Origin: Bacillota bacterium | GTDB taxonomy: Bacteria > Bacillota > SHA-98 > UBA4971 | Assembly (NCBI GenBank): GCA_050949175.1 | Contig: JBMNFG010000010.1 | Span: 222,186-286,185, forward strand | Direction: 5' to 3' | Length of the DNA: 64,000 bases | Shown here: in pieces, positions 1-12,016 of the stretch | How positions within the stretch are numbered: the first letter of the stretch is position 1 | How the letters are laid out: each line of letters opens with the position of its first letter | Notes under the pieces: generated by a model | Told to the model about the DNA's origin: nothing | Database searches by the model: none | Seen by the model: only the letters and a program-made list of their open reading frames with translations | Position numbers and translations under genes: made by a program

Positions 1-643
1 GATATCCTCTTTGGATGCGACATTCTCCATCAGGCAGTATACTGCCTCATTGATCATGGGGATTAGGAGCCTGTTTGCAATAAACCCGGGAGAATCCTTG
101 ACCACAACAGGGGTCTTTCCGAACCTTTCCGCTAACCGTCTGGGTTGTCTTGAGAGTCTCTTCTGAAGTCTCGTAGCCTGCTATCACTTCTACCAGTTTC
201 ATAACGGGAACCGGATTGAAGAAATGCATTCCGATAACCTTTTCCGGACGGCGGGTAGCAGCTTGGAGCAAGGAAATAGATATGGAAGATGTATTTGAGG
301 CTATTATTGCATCAGGCTTCATTATTGAGTCGAGTTGTTCCATGACGGCAAGTTTCACGTCAACTGCTTCCACCACTGCTTCAATGGCCATGTCAGCGTC
401 ACTGAGCCCTGACAGCCCGTCTACAACGCGAATTCTTGTCAGAGCTTCTTCGCTCTCACGAGAGCTGATCCTTCCCTTCTCCACTAACCTTTCCAGGGAT
501 CTCCGAACCCAGTCGAATCCGCCCAGGGCGAGCTCATAGGATATATCGCACATGATCACATTGGTCCCTGATATAGATGCAACTTGGGCTATCCCGGATC
601 CCATTTGCCCGGCACCGACCACTGCAACAGTGGAAATATCCAT
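1..643 (-). pseudogene. hbd: 3-hydroxybutyryl-CoA / 3-hydroxyacyl-CoA dehydrogenase. The 3' end runs off the left edge and the reading frame breaks near nt 133.
   Basis: ATG at 643 sits behind a GGAGG. The N-terminus has the Rossmann motif VAVVGAGQMGSGIAQ. The listed ORF then ends in nonsense (RKDPCCGQGF...), whereas the adjacent frame reads AERFGKTPVVVKDSPGFIANRLLIPMINEAVYCLMENVASKEDI through to nt 1. This indicates a 1-nt indel or a sequencing error. Confidence 0.7.
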
Positions 644-834
644 GTCAGTACCTCCTTGAACTTGCTGCGTCATCTTTCTCCAAGTCGCTTTGGAATCCTG
701 CCGCATGGAAAATGAAAAAGCCCGTCGAAGGAGCAAGCTGCATACTCCTAAGTCAGGCTTGGTTCATCTCTACACTGTACGCTATTCCTTTTATTCAGAG
801 CCTTCGGCAGTAACCTTTCGCCGTATTATCCGGA

Positions 835-3006
835 CTACTTGCGACGGTACTTAGGGAAATTAGGGCGTTTTCGCATTCTGCCGGTGTCTTTCGTTTCACG
901 CATGCTGTCATCCCTTGGAAGAGCATCCTTGCGTGACAGATTGATCCTACCCATGGAGTCGATTTCCGTTACCTTAACCATAATCGAATCCCCAACTTCA
1001 ACTACATCTTCCACCCTGTTGACGCGCCCATGGTCCAATTGGGAAATGTGAACAAGGCCTTCCTTTCCCGGGAGGATTTCAACAAACGCGCCGAAGCCGG
1101 TCGTCCTGGTTACTGTTCCGGTGTAGATGCGCCCTGCCTCTATGTCTGCGGTAAGGTCTTCCACCATCTTTCTCGCCTTTTCACCGGCTTCTTCATCAGA
1201 AGATGCTATGAATACTCTTCCGTCATCTTCTATATCAATCTTTACTCCGGTTACATCGATAATCTGTCGTATGTTCTTGCCTCCGGGCCCGATTATATCG
1301 CGGATCTTGTCAGGACTGACGGTCATTGTGATAATCCGTGGCGCATAAGGCGAAAGCTCCTCTCTCGGTTTCGGTATTACCTCCAGCATCTTGCCGAGGA
1401 TGAACATTCGTCCTTGTCTGGCTTTCTCTAAAGCCTTCTCCATGATTTCAGTGGTGATCCCGTCAGTCTTGATATCCATTTGCAGGGCTGTGATTCCCTT
1501 TTCGGTGCCTGCGACCTTGAAATCCATGTCACCGAAGGCATCTTCTATCCCCAGGATGTCGGAGAGGATTGCAACCTTATCATTCTCCTTAATAAGGCCC
1601 ATGGCTATTCCGGCTACCGGCCGTTTAATGGGAACTCCTGCATCCATAAGTGCAAGGGTTGATCCGCATACACTGGCCTGAGAAGTCGAGCCATTAGACT
1701 CCAGCACTTCAGAAACCAGCCTGATGGTGTACGGGAATTCTTCCTCATCAGGCAGCACAGGCAACAAAGCCCTTTCAGCCAGGGAGCCATGGCCTATTTC
1801 ACGCCGTCCGGGCCCTCTTATAGGACGCACCTCTCCCACACTGTAGGGAGGGAAGTTGTAGTGATGCATATAACGTTTTGATTCTTCATCACCAAGTCCG
1901 TCCAGAAGCTGCTCATCACCGATTGCACCTAAAGTGGCATTAGTGAGGACCTGTGTCTGTCCGCGGGTGAAAAGGCCTGTACCATGAACTCTGGGGAGAA
2001 GTCCGACTTCACATGATATTTGACGGATCTCATCAGGCTTGCGTCCATCGATGCGACGGGATTCTTCAATAACCATCTTCCTCAATTGTTCCCTGGCCAC
2101 AGCCTTGAGAACAATTGATACGTCTACCTCGAGGGTGTCAGGAGCCTCGAAAGACTCGTCTTCCGTAAGCTTCTTGAGGACCTCTTGCTCTATTTCTTCC
2201 AATCTCTCTTCCCTGGTAAGCTTGTCCGCAATCCGCAGAGCGGAAGAGACGTGTTCTGTAGCAAGTTCTCGCACCTTAGACTCGATGCTTTCACCTGGAA
2301 TGTAGAAAGTCAGCTCACGCTTGGGTTTTCCACATCGTTCCACCAATTCCTCTATAAGCTCCACAATCTCAACAACTGACTTGTGGCCGAAGGAAATGGC
2401 GTCCAGCATAACCTGTTCCGGGACTTCGTTCGCTCCGGCTTCTACCATAAGGATGGCGTTCTTGCTACCGGCTATTGTCAGATCGAGGTCGCTGGCTTCT
2501 GCTTGCTCAAGAGTCGGGCAAATCACAAGTTCGCCGTTGACTCTTCCTACTCTTACTCCACCGATAGGCCCGTTAAACGGGATATCTGAGATGGACAACG
2601 CAGCAGAAGCACCGATGAGTGCGGTGATATCCGGGTCATTGTCTTGCTCCACTGATAACACTGTACAGACCACCTGGACATCGTGTCTCATTCCTTCAGG
2701 GAACAAGGGTCTGAGAGGTCTGTCTATCATTCGTGCAGAGATTATCGCAGCCTCTGTAGGCTTCCCTTCTCGCTTTATCCAGCCTCCCGGAATCCTTCCT
2801 ACAGCGTAAAGCCGTTCTTCATAGTCCACAATTAACGGAAAAAAATCAATCCCCTCACGGGGGTCCCTGGACATGCATGCTGTCACCAGCACCACGGTAT
2901 CGCCATATCGGACTAACACAGAACCGTTAGCTTGTTTAGCGACCTTACCAACTTCAAGCGAAAGTCTCCTCCCGCCCAGATTCATATCTAGGCAGTGGTA
3001 ATCCAT
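835..3006 (-). CDS. pnp: polynucleotide phosphorylase / polyadenylase
   Basis: 723 aa with two RNase PH domains plus KH and S1 tail motifs ([30 protein letters not shown]). The RBS GAGGAGG lies upstream and the gene sits in conserved rpsO-pnp order. Confidence 0.97.
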   Translation of the reverse strand: MDYHCLDMNLGGRRLSLEVGKVAKQANGSVLVRYGDTVVLVTACMSRDPREGIDFFPLIVDYEERLYAVGRIPGGWIKREGKPTEAAIISARMIDRPLRPLFPEGMRHDVQVVCTVLSVEQDNDPDITALIGASAALSISDIPFNGPIGGVRVGRVNGELVICPTLEQAEASDLDLTIAGSKNAILMVEAGANEVPEQVMLDAISFGHKSVVEIVELIEELVERCGKPKRELTFYIPGESIESKVRELATEHVSSALRIADKLTREERLEEIEQEVLKKLTEDESFEAPDTLEVDVSIVLKAVAREQLRKMVIEESRRIDGRKPDEIRQISCEVGLLPRVHGTGLFTRGQTQVLTNATLGAIGDEQLLDGLGDEESKRYMHHYNFPPYSVGEVRPIRGPGRREIGHGSLAERALLPVLPDEEEFPYTIRLVSEVLESNGSTSQASVCGSTLALMDAGVPIKRPVAGIAMGLIKENDKVAILSDILGIEDAFGDMDFKVAGTEKGITALQMDIKTDGITTEIMEKALEKARQGRMFILGKMLEVIPKPREELSPYAPRIITMTVSPDKIRDIIGPGGKNIRQIIDVTGVKIDIEDDGRVFIASSDEEAGEKARKMVEDLTADIEAGRIYTGTVTRTTGFGAFVEILPGKEGLVHISQLDHGRVNRVEDVVEVGDSIMVKVTEIDSMGRINLSRKDALPRDDSMRETKDTGRMRKRPNFPKYRRK

Positions 3007-3038
3007 ATTTTATCGATCCTCCTCAAAATCAACTGCTC

Positions 3039-3308
3039 TTACTTCCTAAGACCTAGTTTTTCCACAATCGTCCTGTATCTCTCAATATCTTTGTCACGTA
3101 AGTAATTAAGAAGACGGCGTCTTTGACCCACCATTTTCAATAGCCCTCTCCTGGAATGATGGTCCTTCTTATGCTCCTTCAAGTGTTCAGTTAAGCCGTT
3201 TATCCTTTCTGTAAGTATTGCGATCTGAACTTCAGGTGAACCAGTATCATTTTGGTGAATTCTATACTTCTCGATAATTGCTTTTTTCTCTTCGGCCGGT
3301 AAAGCCAT
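3039..3308 (-). CDS. rpsO: 30S ribosomal protein S15
   Basis: 89-aa product [60 protein letters not shown] at 3308 has an AGGAGG upstream. Confidence 0.97.
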   Translation of the reverse strand: MALPAEEKKAIIEKYRIHQNDTGSPEVQIAILTERINGLTEHLKEHKKDHHSRRGLLKMVGQRRRLLNYLRDKDIERYRTIVEKLGLRK

Positions 3309-3465
3309 TCCACTACACCTCCTGAAAGTATGCACGTCTCCCGCTGCCAAGAAGCTCGCCGGAGGATCGAAGAATCCTAGCAACGGGGCTTTGCGTAGCC
3401 AAGTTGTGCTACTACATGATAATGTTATCACATGGATATCTCAATGTAAACGATGCGTAGATCCT

Positions 3466-4407
3466 TCATGAAGCGTTCTGTCCTTCGAGAATGTCTTTTG
3501 CCCTTTCCACATCTTGCGAAATCTGACAGGCCAAGGCTTCAGCGGATTCAAACCTCTTCTCATCACGAAGCCTCTTGGCAAACAGCACCCTCAAAGCCTT
3601 TCCATATATGTCCCTGTCAAACCCGATTATGTGAGTCTCCACAGTCACGGCCTTTCCTTGAAAAGTCGGTCTTGTACCGACATTGGTCACACCTTTATAC
3701 ATCTCGCCTTCGATACACGCTATTGTTGCGTATACACCTGCTTTAGGAAGAGCTATTTCGCGGGGTACGTCAAGGTTTACCGTAGGATAGCCCATGGCTT
3801 TTCCGCGGCTTTGTCCCCTTACTATCTTTCCCTTAACTGAGTAAGGCCTGCCAAGCATTTTGCAGGCAGCTTCAACATCTCCTTTTGCAAGGGAAGCCCG
3901 AATCCTTGTGCTGGAGACTACTGTTCCGTCCACCACGACAGGTTTTGAGATCTCAACATTAAAACCGTACTTTTTTCCAAAGCCTTTGAGCGTTTCCGCA
4001 TTCCCTTCTGCTTTAAACCCAAAGGTATAATTGAACCCGACAACCACCCATTTCGCATTCAAGCAATCCACAAGGACTTTTCGGACAAACTCTTCCGGGC
4101 CTGTCCTGGCCATTTTACGGTCGAACCGGGCTATGACTGTGTTTTCTATGCCTGCATCCTTAATCAAAGCAAACTTGTCCTCAAGATCAGTAAGGGTCTC
4201 CGGTGCGAGCTGAGGCTTTATGACCTCAAGAGGGTGCTTATCAAAAGTAAAAACGCAACTGGGGATGCTTTCTTGCTTTGCCCGAGACACGCACCGCCTT
4301 AAAATCTCTTTGTGTCCTAAATGAACACCGTCAAATGTGCCCAGCGCAACTACGGATTCAGATAGATCGCTTGGGCTTCCGTCTTGAGCGTCGGAAAATA
4401 CCCTCAC
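3466..4407 (-). CDS. ribF: bifunctional riboflavin kinase / FMN adenylyltransferase
   Basis: VALGTFDGVHLGHKEIL nucleotidyltransferase motif plus a C-terminal riboflavin kinase domain. GTG start follows a GGAGG. Confidence 0.95.
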   Translation of the reverse strand: MRVFSDAQDGSPSDLSESVVALGTFDGVHLGHKEILRRCVSRAKQESIPSCVFTFDKHPLEVIKPQLAPETLTDLEDKFALIKDAGIENTVIARFDRKMARTGPEEFVRKVLVDCLNAKWVVVGFNYTFGFKAEGNAETLKGFGKKYGFNVEISKPVVVDGTVVSSTRIRASLAKGDVEAACKMLGRPYSVKGKIVRGQSRGKAMGYPTVNLDVPREIALPKAGVYATIACIEGEMYKGVTNVGTRPTFQGKAVTVETHIIGFDRDIYGKALRVLFAKRLRDEKRFESAEALACQISQDVERAKDILEGQNAS

Positions 4408-4427
4408 AGATTAACCTCCATCCCTTT

Positions 4428-5387
4428 CTAAGTAAAGACAGCGACGGGCTGCAAGTAATCCAATCCTTCTCTTGTCTTTCGCTTCGCAACGCAAATCAAG
4501 TCTCCTGAAGACGCAACTACACTTATGAGGCCGGTGACATCTTCCTCCGGCTTTGTCCTTACTTCCTTGACTTCTTTAGCTAAGCTTCCCAACGGATAGG
4601 GATTGCCATGAGACAGTTTCCTTTTTGCATCTTCATCATGCTCACCCAGTATAACAGTGGGTAAATGAGAAAGGCCGGCTGACATCGGCAAGACCATGTC
4701 AATAAAACTCTCGTTTCCGGAAGCTCCCTCTATCTCCTCCAGTGTGTAGCAGGATCTTATGTCTAAATCCCCGACTCTGACGCGAGACAAGGAGCTTATG
4801 TGAGCTCCGGCACCGATGCGCTCCCCGATATCTGCTGCAAGCTGCCTTATGTATGTGCCGGCAGAACATTCAACCAGAAGAGATACCTTATCACCGTACG
4901 TCAGTACATCGCCTTCAGGCCATGACTCAACAGACAACTCATAGATATGGACCTTTCTCGGCTTCCGCTCAGCTTCCTGGCCTGCCCTGGCGAGCTCATA
5001 GAGTCTTTTCCCTTTGTAATGGACTGCAGAAACCATGGGCGGGACTTGCATTATTTCGCCCCTAAAATCCGAAAGCGCTTCCAGAAAGCGCTCTTTGGTA
5101 ACCTGAACCCCTTCAATCCGCGAAAGAACCTCTCCCGAGGCATCCAGCGTATCTGTGGTAATCCCTATAACCATTTCAGCAACATAGGTTTTCCCGAGTC
5201 CGACCATAAACTGCATCAAGCGAGTGGCTTTGCCGAGCAAGACAACGAGTACTCCTGTGGCATCCGGGTCAAGGGTCCCGGTGTGGCCGACTTTTCGCAT
5301 CTTTAAAGCTTTCCTTACAAAAACAACGACATCATGGGAGGTCATACCGGCGGGTTTTAATACAGGAAGTATTCCGTTTACGTCCAA
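4428..5387 (-). CDS. truB: tRNA pseudouridine(55) synthase
   Basis: GILPVLKPAGMTSHDVV and HTGTLDPDATGVLVV catalytic motif. TTG start. Confidence 0.95.
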   Translation of the reverse strand: MDVNGILPVLKPAGMTSHDVVVFVRKALKMRKVGHTGTLDPDATGVLVVLLGKATRLMQFMVGLGKTYVAEMVIGITTDTLDASGEVLSRIEGVQVTKERFLEALSDFRGEIMQVPPMVSAVHYKGKRLYELARAGQEAERKPRKVHIYELSVESWPEGDVLTYGDKVSLLVECSAGTYIRQLAADIGERIGAGAHISSLSRVRVGDLDIRSCYTLEEIEGASGNESFIDMVLPMSAGLSHLPTVILGEHDEDAKRKLSHGNPYPLGSLAKEVKEVRTKPEEDVTGLISVVASSGDLICVAKRKTREGLDYLQPVAVFT

Positions 5388-5390
5388 ACG

Positions 5391-6371
5391 TCAATCACCT
5401 GCTAATCCCATGATTTTGTAAACCTTGCCGAATACCAGCTCCCTTGCCTGTGCAATAGACCCTGTATCCAGAGTACATCCGGCTGCTTTCGCATGACCGC
5501 CGCCTCCCAATTCTTCAGCGAGGGCACCTACATCGAATTCTCCTTTTGACCTCATACCGACTCGGATCTTTCCATCGGAGCTCTCTCTAAAGAGGAAAGC
5601 AACTTCAACACCTCTTACCATACGGCCGTAATTCACAAACCCCTCGGTCTGTTCTTCATCGAGAGAAAACTCGGTCATCCAGTCGTCATACACTTCCAAC
5701 CAGGCAATCTTGCCTGTCTTGTCCAGGCGTAGAGTATCAAGGACCCTTCCCAGCATCTTAAGGCTTTCCAAAGGCCTCGCCTCATAAATCTGCTCCGAGA
5801 TTGCACCGGGTTCAGCGCCTTTTTCCACCAGCCTGGCAGCAATGCGAAGGGTCGTCGGAGTAGTGTTGGAAAACCTGAAAAACCCAGTATCAGTGGCAAT
5901 AGCAGTAAACAGGCATACTGCAATACTAACGTCCACACGTACGTTCATGGAGACGAGGATCTTGTAGATCTGCTCACCTGTGGCAGCAGCTGAGGTGTCT
6001 ACATAGTTGTAAGTGCCGTAAGACTTGTTTGTTGCGTGATGATCAATATTCACAATGGGTATGCCGGAACGAAGCTTCTCATATATTCCTTCAATGCGTC
6101 CTAAATCCGACGAGTCCAGAACCACCACGATGTCATATTCCGAGGGCTCTATGTTGTCAGCGGAGAGTATCTCTTCTGAACCCGGGAGGAATCGCAAGTT
6201 CTCAGGCACCCCTCCGGGACAAGCCATTGTCACCCGGCGGCCTCTTTTCTGCAATCCCATGCCTAATCCCAGCATGGAACCGATAGCATCTCCGTCAGGC
6301 AGAACGTGCGTTGCAATGAGAAACCTGTAATGCTTTAACAGGGTTCCTGCGATCTCCTGGTGGATCTCCAC
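5391..6371 (-). CDS. nrnA: DHH/DHHA1 phosphoesterase (NrnA-type oligoribonuclease / pAp phosphatase)
   Basis: DGDAIGS, DHH-type IDHHATN and C-terminal GGGGHAKAAG motifs. Position between rbfA and truB is conserved. Confidence 0.85.
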   Translation of the reverse strand: MEIHQEIAGTLLKHYRFLIATHVLPDGDAIGSMLGLGMGLQKRGRRVTMACPGGVPENLRFLPGSEEILSADNIEPSEYDIVVVLDSSDLGRIEGIYEKLRSGIPIVNIDHHATNKSYGTYNYVDTSAAATGEQIYKILVSMNVRVDVSIAVCLFTAIATDTGFFRFSNTTPTTLRIAARLVEKGAEPGAISEQIYEARPLESLKMLGRVLDTLRLDKTGKIAWLEVYDDWMTEFSLDEEQTEGFVNYGRMVRGVEVAFLFRESSDGKIRVGMRSKGEFDVGALAEELGGGGHAKAAGCTLDTGSIAQARELVFGKVYKIMGLAGD

Positions 6372-6730
6372 TACTCGCCGCCCTCCTCATCCTTTCGGAT
6401 CTCCTGCAACAGCCGGAACACTTTGGCACCGTGCTCTATAGAGGTGTCGTGACGGAACACAATCTCCGGAGTGTGGCGAAGCCTCACACGTTTTCCGATT
6501 TCAGTGCGGACGAAACCTGTGGCACTCTCAAGAGCTGCCATGGTTTCAGAGACTTGAGTCTCATCGCCCATAACACTTACGAATATTTTTACGTGTCTTA
6601 AGTCCCCGGAAACCTCCACATCTGTCACTGTGGCAAAACCAAGCCTGGGGTCTTTCATTTCCCTTGCTAAGATATCAGCTACTTCCGTTCGGATTGCCTC
6701 AGCAATCCTTTTAGGCCTTAATCGTGTCAA
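6371..6730 (-). CDS. rbfA: ribosome-binding factor A
   Basis: RIAEAIRTEVADILAREMKDPRLGFATVTDVEVSGDLRHVKIFVSV. I place the start at TTG 6730, preceded by AGGTGG, because the longer ORF to 6772 overlaps the DUF503 gene. Confidence 0.9.
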   Translation of the reverse strand: MTRLRPKRIAEAIRTEVADILAREMKDPRLGFATVTDVEVSGDLRHVKIFVSVMGDETQVSETMAALESATGFVRTEIGKRVRLRHTPEIVFRHDTSIEHGAKVFRLLQEIRKDEEGGE

Positions 6731-6749
6731 CGGTAACCACCTGCCAAAT

Positions 6750-7031
6750 CTACAGAACGCATTTCTCAACACCGGTTACTTCAAGTTTTGGGTCGGATTC
6801 AATATCCCTCAACACCCGGGACAGCACGCTGTCTACGACTCTCGCCTCATTGGAAACGCATACTATCCCAAGGGTGCTCCTTTGCCATAAGTCGCAATTA
6901 CCTACTTCTGCAATGGCTACGTCATATCTTGACTTGATTCTGTCGCAAAGGCCTTTGACAACGCGTCTTTTGTCTTTCAAAGATGTAGCCCAGCCTATAT
7001 AAATGTCAACTTCCATGGTCCCGACTATCAT
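6750..7031 (-). CDS. DUF503 (YlxP-like) protein
   Basis: MIVGTMEVDIYIGWATSLKDKRRVVKGL... is typical of DUF503. The slot between infB and rbfA is conserved. Confidence 0.8.
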   Translation of the reverse strand: MIVGTMEVDIYIGWATSLKDKRRVVKGLCDRIKSRYDVAIAEVGNCDLWQRSTLGIVCVSNEARVVDSVLSRVLRDIESDPKLEVTGVEKCVL

Positions 7032-7056
7032 CTCATTGTACCGCCCGGAGTCTTCT

Positions 7057-10038
7057 CTAAAGTGCCCTTGGCGTCTCAACCAGCTTAAATGCTTCTATTA
7101 CATCGCCTTCTCTGATGTCTTGATAATTTGCAACGCCAATCCCGCATTCGTAGCCTGACATAACTTCAGTTACATCATCTTTAAACCTCTTTAGCGATGC
7201 AAGCCTGCCTTCATGGATTACTATGTTATCTCTTATGACCCTAACCATCGCGTCTCTTGTAATCTTACCTTCATTCACGATACACCCTGCGACTATGCCG
7301 ATTCTCGGCACTTTAAAGGTCTGCAGCACATTGGCTGTTCCAAGTGTGACCTCACGTATCTCAGGTTCCAGCAACCCTTCCATTGCTGCTTTCACATCGT
7401 CCAAGGCATCATAAATCACTCTGTAGATACGGATATCAATCCGGTCACGTTCAGCTATTGCCTTAGCATTTCCGTCAGGTCTCACCTGAAAGCCGAGGAC
7501 GATGGCATTTGAAGCTGAAGCCAGCATAATGTCGCTTTCGGTTATAGCTCCTACACCTGAATGAATAACGTTAACCTTTACCTCATCAGTGGATAAGGCT
7601 TCCAGGGATTGTCGCAATGCTTCCACAGAACCCTGGACATCTGCCTTAATTATCAGGTTAAGCTCTTTGATCTCTCCTTCTTTTATCTTACCGAAGAGAT
7701 CGTCGAGGCTGATCGTTCTTGAAGACTGGATTTCCTCAGCCCGCTTTCTTTCAGATCGTATTGTTGCAAGTTGTCGAGCCAGCCTATCTTCGGAAACCAC
7801 ATCGAAGATCTCACCGGCCTCAGGGACTTCATCGAAACCCAGGATCTCAACGGGCATTGAAGGGCCTGCCTCATCCACAGGCTTACCCTTGTCGTCACTC
7901 ATAGCCTTAACCTTACCGGATACGGGCCCTGCAATAATCGCGTCTCCAACCCTGAGTGTCCCTCGTTCGATCAAAACGGTAGCTACAGGCCCTTTGCCCC
8001 TGTCCAGTTTCGCCTCGATTACTGTTCCTCTGGCAGGCCTGTTAGGATTCGCCTTAAGCTCCTTCAAGTCAGCCACGAGCAAGATCATTTCCAGAAGGTC
8101 ATCTATTCCTTGCCGTGTCAGAGCAGATACTTCCACTGTGACAGTGTCTCCGCCCCAATCCTCAGTTATCAAGCCATGTTCAGTTAGCTGCTGCTTAACC
8201 CTGTCAGGCTGTGCATCAGGCTTGTCTATCTTATTCAACGCGACGATTATAGGCACATCTGCAGCCTTAGCATGGTTGATAGCCTCAACGGTCTGAGGCA
8301 TTACTCCATCGTCAGCTGCTACAACCAGGATGGCAATGTCGGTCACCTGCGCACCCCGTGCTCTCATGGCAGTAAAAGCTTCATGGCCGGGTGTGTCAAT
8401 GAAAGTGATCTTCCTTCCATTCAGTTCAATCTGATATGCGCCGATATGTTGAGTTATGCCGCCTGCCTCCTGAGCAGTGACGTTAGTTTTTCGAATCGCG
8501 TCAAGGAGAGACGTTTTTCCGTGGTCTACGTGGCCTAACACAGTCACAACCGGAGGCCTCGGGAGGAGGTCCTCGTCTCTGTCAACGCTGTCTTCAATAC
8601 CGAATTCCCTTGCCTCTTTCTTCTCAAACGGTTCAACTTCAAAGCCCAACTCTTCCGCGACTAAGCTGGCAGCATCAAAATCGATTTCCTGATTGATTGT
8701 AACCAGCAGGCCCATGGCCATGAGAGCTTTGATAACCTCGGAAGGATTGACTCCGAGTTTATCTGCAAAAGCTCCTACTGTGATACTTTCCGGAAGCGCA
8801 ACTATGCTCTTCTTTGCCGCGTGGCTCCGTCGCTTGACAGGAGCCTCTCGCACAGGCTCCTTAACAACGTCTTTATTTCGTGTCCTTGCTCTTCTGCTTC
8901 GGATAATCGCTTCTGCACGGGATTCTCTTAGCTTTGCAGCACCTTTTCCTCCTTTGATGAGTTCCAGCCTTCTCTCATCAAGACCTTTACCTGCAGCAGG
9001 TTTACGTACAGGAGGTTTAGGCACAGATGGTTTAGGCACAGGAGGTTTAGGTGCGGCCGGTTTCCGGGCTGCAGGCGCCATCTGCGGTTTCTTCGCCTCA
9101 ACTTCCATTGCTTTCTCTTCTATCGCTGTTTCTTGACGGACATCTGATATCTCCGGTGTGGTAACAACTGCTTCTTGGGACACTGGTTCATCTGCCTTTT
9201 CTTCAGGTTTCTTTACCGGCTCTTCTGCTGCAACCGGCTCTTTTGCCTTGTCTTCCGTAACAGGCCTGACTTCCTTAGCTTCCTCATGAGGTGCTTGAAC
9301 CTTCGGTTCAGGTATGGCAGTTTCGGTGGCCTCAGGACGAACAGGAGCAGCAAGCTCGACTACCTCAGCTGCGACATCTTCTTGCACTTCCAACTTCTTC
9401 GCCTCGCCGGCAGCCATCTCTGCCTGCCGTGCACGAGCCGCTCGTGACCTTGCCAATGCATCAGCCTGAGGCTTTGCTTTATCTGCCGATTTTTTGGGAG
9501 GAATCGCCGGCGCAATCTGGGTAGGCCATTGCATCGGCCTTTGCCTGCGCCTAGCCTCTCCTGTTGTGGTTCCCGAACGTCCCTGGGACCTACGGTCACC
9601 GCTCCTCGGCCGCCTTGCCCTGTCCGGGGTTGGGCTTGACCTCTTTCGGTCAGCTGTTGGCGCACCTGCCTTTGCACCTGACATTTGGCTACGTATCTTC
9701 TTAAAATCAGCGCTGGATGTAAGATGTCCCGCTCCCCGCAGTGCACCTAAAGCGCCTGGAGTTTTCGCCTTTCTGTCAGGCTTCTTGGGCTTCGGAACCT
9801 CTACCTCCCGCACAGGGGGTTCCTCCACCTCTTCAGAAACGCCTTTTCCAACAGGCGCTTCAGGCTTCTTACCCTCTATTTCAGCAAACTTGTTCTTAAT
9901 GAACCTAACAACATTGTCGTCCAGGGCGCTCATATGGTTCTTATCCCGCACTCCCGAATCTGCAAGCAATTCCAGAATGTCCCTGCTTGTCTTTCCGAGT
10001 TCACGTGCTAATTCGTATACCCTGGTTTTTTTTGCCAT
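7057..10038 (-). CDS. infB: translation initiation factor IF-2
   Basis: 993 aa. GTPase motifs [20 protein letters not shown] and NKID follow a long low-complexity Lys/Pro/Ala N-terminal region. Confidence 0.97.
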   Translation of the reverse strand: MAKKTRVYELARELGKTSRDILELLADSGVRDKNHMSALDDNVVRFIKNKFAEIEGKKPEAPVGKGVSEEVEEPPVREVEVPKPKKPDRKAKTPGALGALRGAGHLTSSADFKKIRSQMSGAKAGAPTADRKRSSPTPDRARRPRSGDRRSQGRSGTTTGEARRRQRPMQWPTQIAPAIPPKKSADKAKPQADALARSRAARARQAEMAAGEAKKLEVQEDVAAEVVELAAPVRPEATETAIPEPKVQAPHEEAKEVRPVTEDKAKEPVAAEEPVKKPEEKADEPVSQEAVVTTPEISDVRQETAIEEKAMEVEAKKPQMAPAARKPAAPKPPVPKPSVPKPPVRKPAAGKGLDERRLELIKGGKGAAKLRESRAEAIIRSRRARTRNKDVVKEPVREAPVKRRSHAAKKSIVALPESITVGAFADKLGVNPSEVIKALMAMGLLVTINQEIDFDAASLVAEELGFEVEPFEKKEAREFGIEDSVDRDEDLLPRPPVVTVLGHVDHGKTSLLDAIRKTNVTAQEAGGITQHIGAYQIELNGRKITFIDTPGHEAFTAMRARGAQVTDIAILVVAADDGVMPQTVEAINHAKAADVPIIVALNKIDKPDAQPDRVKQQLTEHGLITEDWGGDTVTVEVSALTRQGIDDLLEMILLVADLKELKANPNRPARGTVIEAKLDRGKGPVATVLIERGTLRVGDAIIAGPVSGKVKAMSDDKGKPVDEAGPSMPVEILGFDEVPEAGEIFDVVSEDRLARQLATIRSERKRAEEIQSSRTISLDDLFGKIKEGEIKELNLIIKADVQGSVEALRQSLEALSTDEVKVNVIHSGVGAITESDIMLASASNAIVLGFQVRPDGNAKAIAERDRIDIRIYRVIYDALDDVKAAMEGLLEPEIREVTLGTANVLQTFKVPRIGIVAGCIVNEGKITRDAMVRVIRDNIVIHEGRLASLKRFKDDVTEVMSGYECGIGVANYQDIREGDVIEAFKLVETPRAL
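9011..9055 (-). repeat. three tandem 15-nt units inside infB encoding [15 protein letters not shown]
   Basis: The plus strand reads ggaggtttaggcaca / gatggtttaggcaca / ggaggtttaggtgcg back to back. Confidence 0.7.
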
Positions 10039-10080
10039 ATACCCACCACCTTTGAGACTTCGTCCCCGGAGCGGGTCGTC

Positions 10081-10377
10081 TTAAAGTCTCTCATTACGTT
10101 GTAATGACTCTGCCAATCTCTCTATTACCTCATCAGGCACCGCAACTCCCAAAGCTTTATCCAAGCGCTTATTTTTCGCAGCTAAGTTCAGGCACCGGCT
10201 GCTCGGACAGATGTATGCGCCTCGCCCGGCCAACTTGCCGGTAGGGTCTATCTCAACAGCGCCTTCAGGAGTGCGTGTGATTCTAACAAGATCCCATTTG
10301 GACTTGACTTCTCTACACCCAACGCAGGTTCGTTGAGGCACCTTCTTCACTTTGGGCTGAGATCTTCGTTTTGCCAT
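10081..10377 (-). CDS. ylxR: YlxR / DUF448 family RNA-binding protein
   Basis: RTCVGCREVKSKWDLVRI...GRGAYICPSSRC motif. Position between nusA and infB is conserved. No L7Ae (ylxQ) gene follows it. Confidence 0.9.
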   Translation of the reverse strand: MAKRRSQPKVKKVPQRTCVGCREVKSKWDLVRITRTPEGAVEIDPTGKLAGRGAYICPSSRCLNLAAKNKRLDKALGVAVPDEVIERLAESLQRNERL

Positions 10378-10404
10378 TTACGAGTCACTTGCCTTTACCA
10401 TAGC

Positions 10405-11955
10405 CTAGAAGTCGATTTCTTCATCCCAGTATTCGTCTTCCTCGTAGAGCTCCTTCTTGCGCCTCTTAGGACCTCTCCGCCTTATAACGGCTTCTTCATC
10501 ATCTTCTTCATCGACTGTGCCTTTTTTCTTCTTCTTTTTCCCTTTCGATTCCCGATGCAGGACATCTGTGCCTTCTTCACCACTCGCGGTGTCAACCTCT
10601 TCAATGTCCTCTGTGAACACTTCTTCTGAATCCTCTGCCTGCACTCCGTCAGCTACCTCTTCAACAGCCTCTTCAAAAGTCTCTGCAACAGCTTCTTCAA
10701 TAGAATCCTCGGTCATATCTTCACTTGGCTCGTCTGTGATATCCACTTCTTCGTCCGGGCGCCCTTCAACTTCGACACCTTCGCCGGCGTCCTCATCTTC
10801 AACCGTAACGTGGACGCTTTCCTCTTCAAGCTCTTCGGCAAGCTCGTCGATGAGCTCTTCCTGAGAATCAGCTGCTGCCTCCGCCTCAAGTTCCATTAGC
10901 CTCTCTTCCTCTTCTTCGAGGGCGCGGACTTGAGAATCGCTCTTTATGTCTACCTTCCAGCCGGTTAGCTTGGCAGCCAAGCGTGCGTTCTGGCCTTCCT
11001 TGCCGATGGCCAAGGATAACTGGCTGTCGGGAACAATCGCCCTTGCTATGTGGTTTTCCTCATCTACCCTGGTGAGGATTACTCTCGCCGGGCTCAGGGC
11101 GTTGGAAACATATATCCCTGGGTCGTTATGCCATTGAATGATATCGACCTTTTCGCCTTTCAGCTCTGCAACGATTCTTTGAATCCTCATACCCCGCGGC
11201 CCTACACAAGCACCTACCGCATCAACATTAGGATCATAAGAAAGCACTGACACCTTAGACCGATGCCCTGCCTCCCTGGCGATATCTTTGATCTCCACAA
11301 TCCCTTCATGTATCTCAGGCACCTCAAGCTCAAGAAGCCTCTTAAGGAGTGCCGGATGACTACGGGACACTATAACCTGAGGGCCCCGAGGAGTCTTGCG
11401 TGCTTCGAGGATGTATACCTTTAATCTGTCTCCGTACGAGTAATGCTCCCCTTGCACTTGTTCAGAGAGCGGCATTATAGCCTCTACTCTACCCAAATCC
11501 ACTATAACATTTCGCTCATCGCGTCGCTGGACAATACCGGTGACTACTTCGCCTTCTCTGTTACTGAATTCTTCGTAGATTATTCCCCGCTCTGCCTCAC
11601 GGATTTTCTGAACAACAACTTGTTTAGCAGTTTGAGCAGCGATTCTCCCAAACTCACCGGGAGTAATCTCTACCTCAAAGACGTCACCTACCTGATACTC
11701 AGGATTGACTTTCTCAGCTTCATCCAGGGATATCTCAAGTCTCGGGTCAGAAGGCTGTTCCACAACGGTTTTATACGCAAACACAGATATCTGTCCGGTT
11801 TCCGGATGAATCTGCACTTTTACATTTTGGGAAGTCCCGTAATTCTTCTTAAATGCTGAGATTAACGCAGCCTCCAATGCCTCAATAACAGCTTCCTTGG
11901 GAATTCCTCGTTCTTTTTCAAGTTGTTTTAGCGCCTGGATAACCTCGAAATTCAT
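10405..11955 (-). CDS. nusA: transcription termination/antitermination factor NusA with a long acidic-then-basic C-terminal extension
   Basis: [19 protein letters not shown]-terminus, then S1 and two KH domains. ATG at 11955 follows GAGGAGGG. The tail after about residue 345 is E/D-rich, followed by KKKKKK. Confidence 0.95.
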   Translation of the reverse strand: MNFEVIQALKQLEKERGIPKEAVIEALEAALISAFKKNYGTSQNVKVQIHPETGQISVFAYKTVVEQPSDPRLEISLDEAEKVNPEYQVGDVFEVEITPGEFGRIAAQTAKQVVVQKIREAERGIIYEEFSNREGEVVTGIVQRRDERNVIVDLGRVEAIMPLSEQVQGEHYSYGDRLKVYILEARKTPRGPQVIVSRSHPALLKRLLELEVPEIHEGIVEIKDIAREAGHRSKVSVLSYDPNVDAVGACVGPRGMRIQRIVAELKGEKVDIIQWHNDPGIYVSNALSPARVILTRVDEENHIARAIVPDSQLSLAIGKEGQNARLAAKLTGWKVDIKSDSQVRALEEEEERLMELEAEAAADSQEELIDELAEELEEESVHVTVEDEDAGEGVEVEGRPDEEVDITDEPSEDMTEDSIEEAVAETFEEAVEEVADGVQAEDSEEVFTEDIEEVDTASGEEGTDVLHRESKGKKKKKKGTVDEEDDEEAVIRRRGPKRRKKELYEEDEYWDEEIDF

Positions 11956-12016
11956 CCTAACCCTCCTCGCCCCAGGCAAATTATTACTGATCCCTAGCCG
12001 GGTTTTCGCCTAACAC

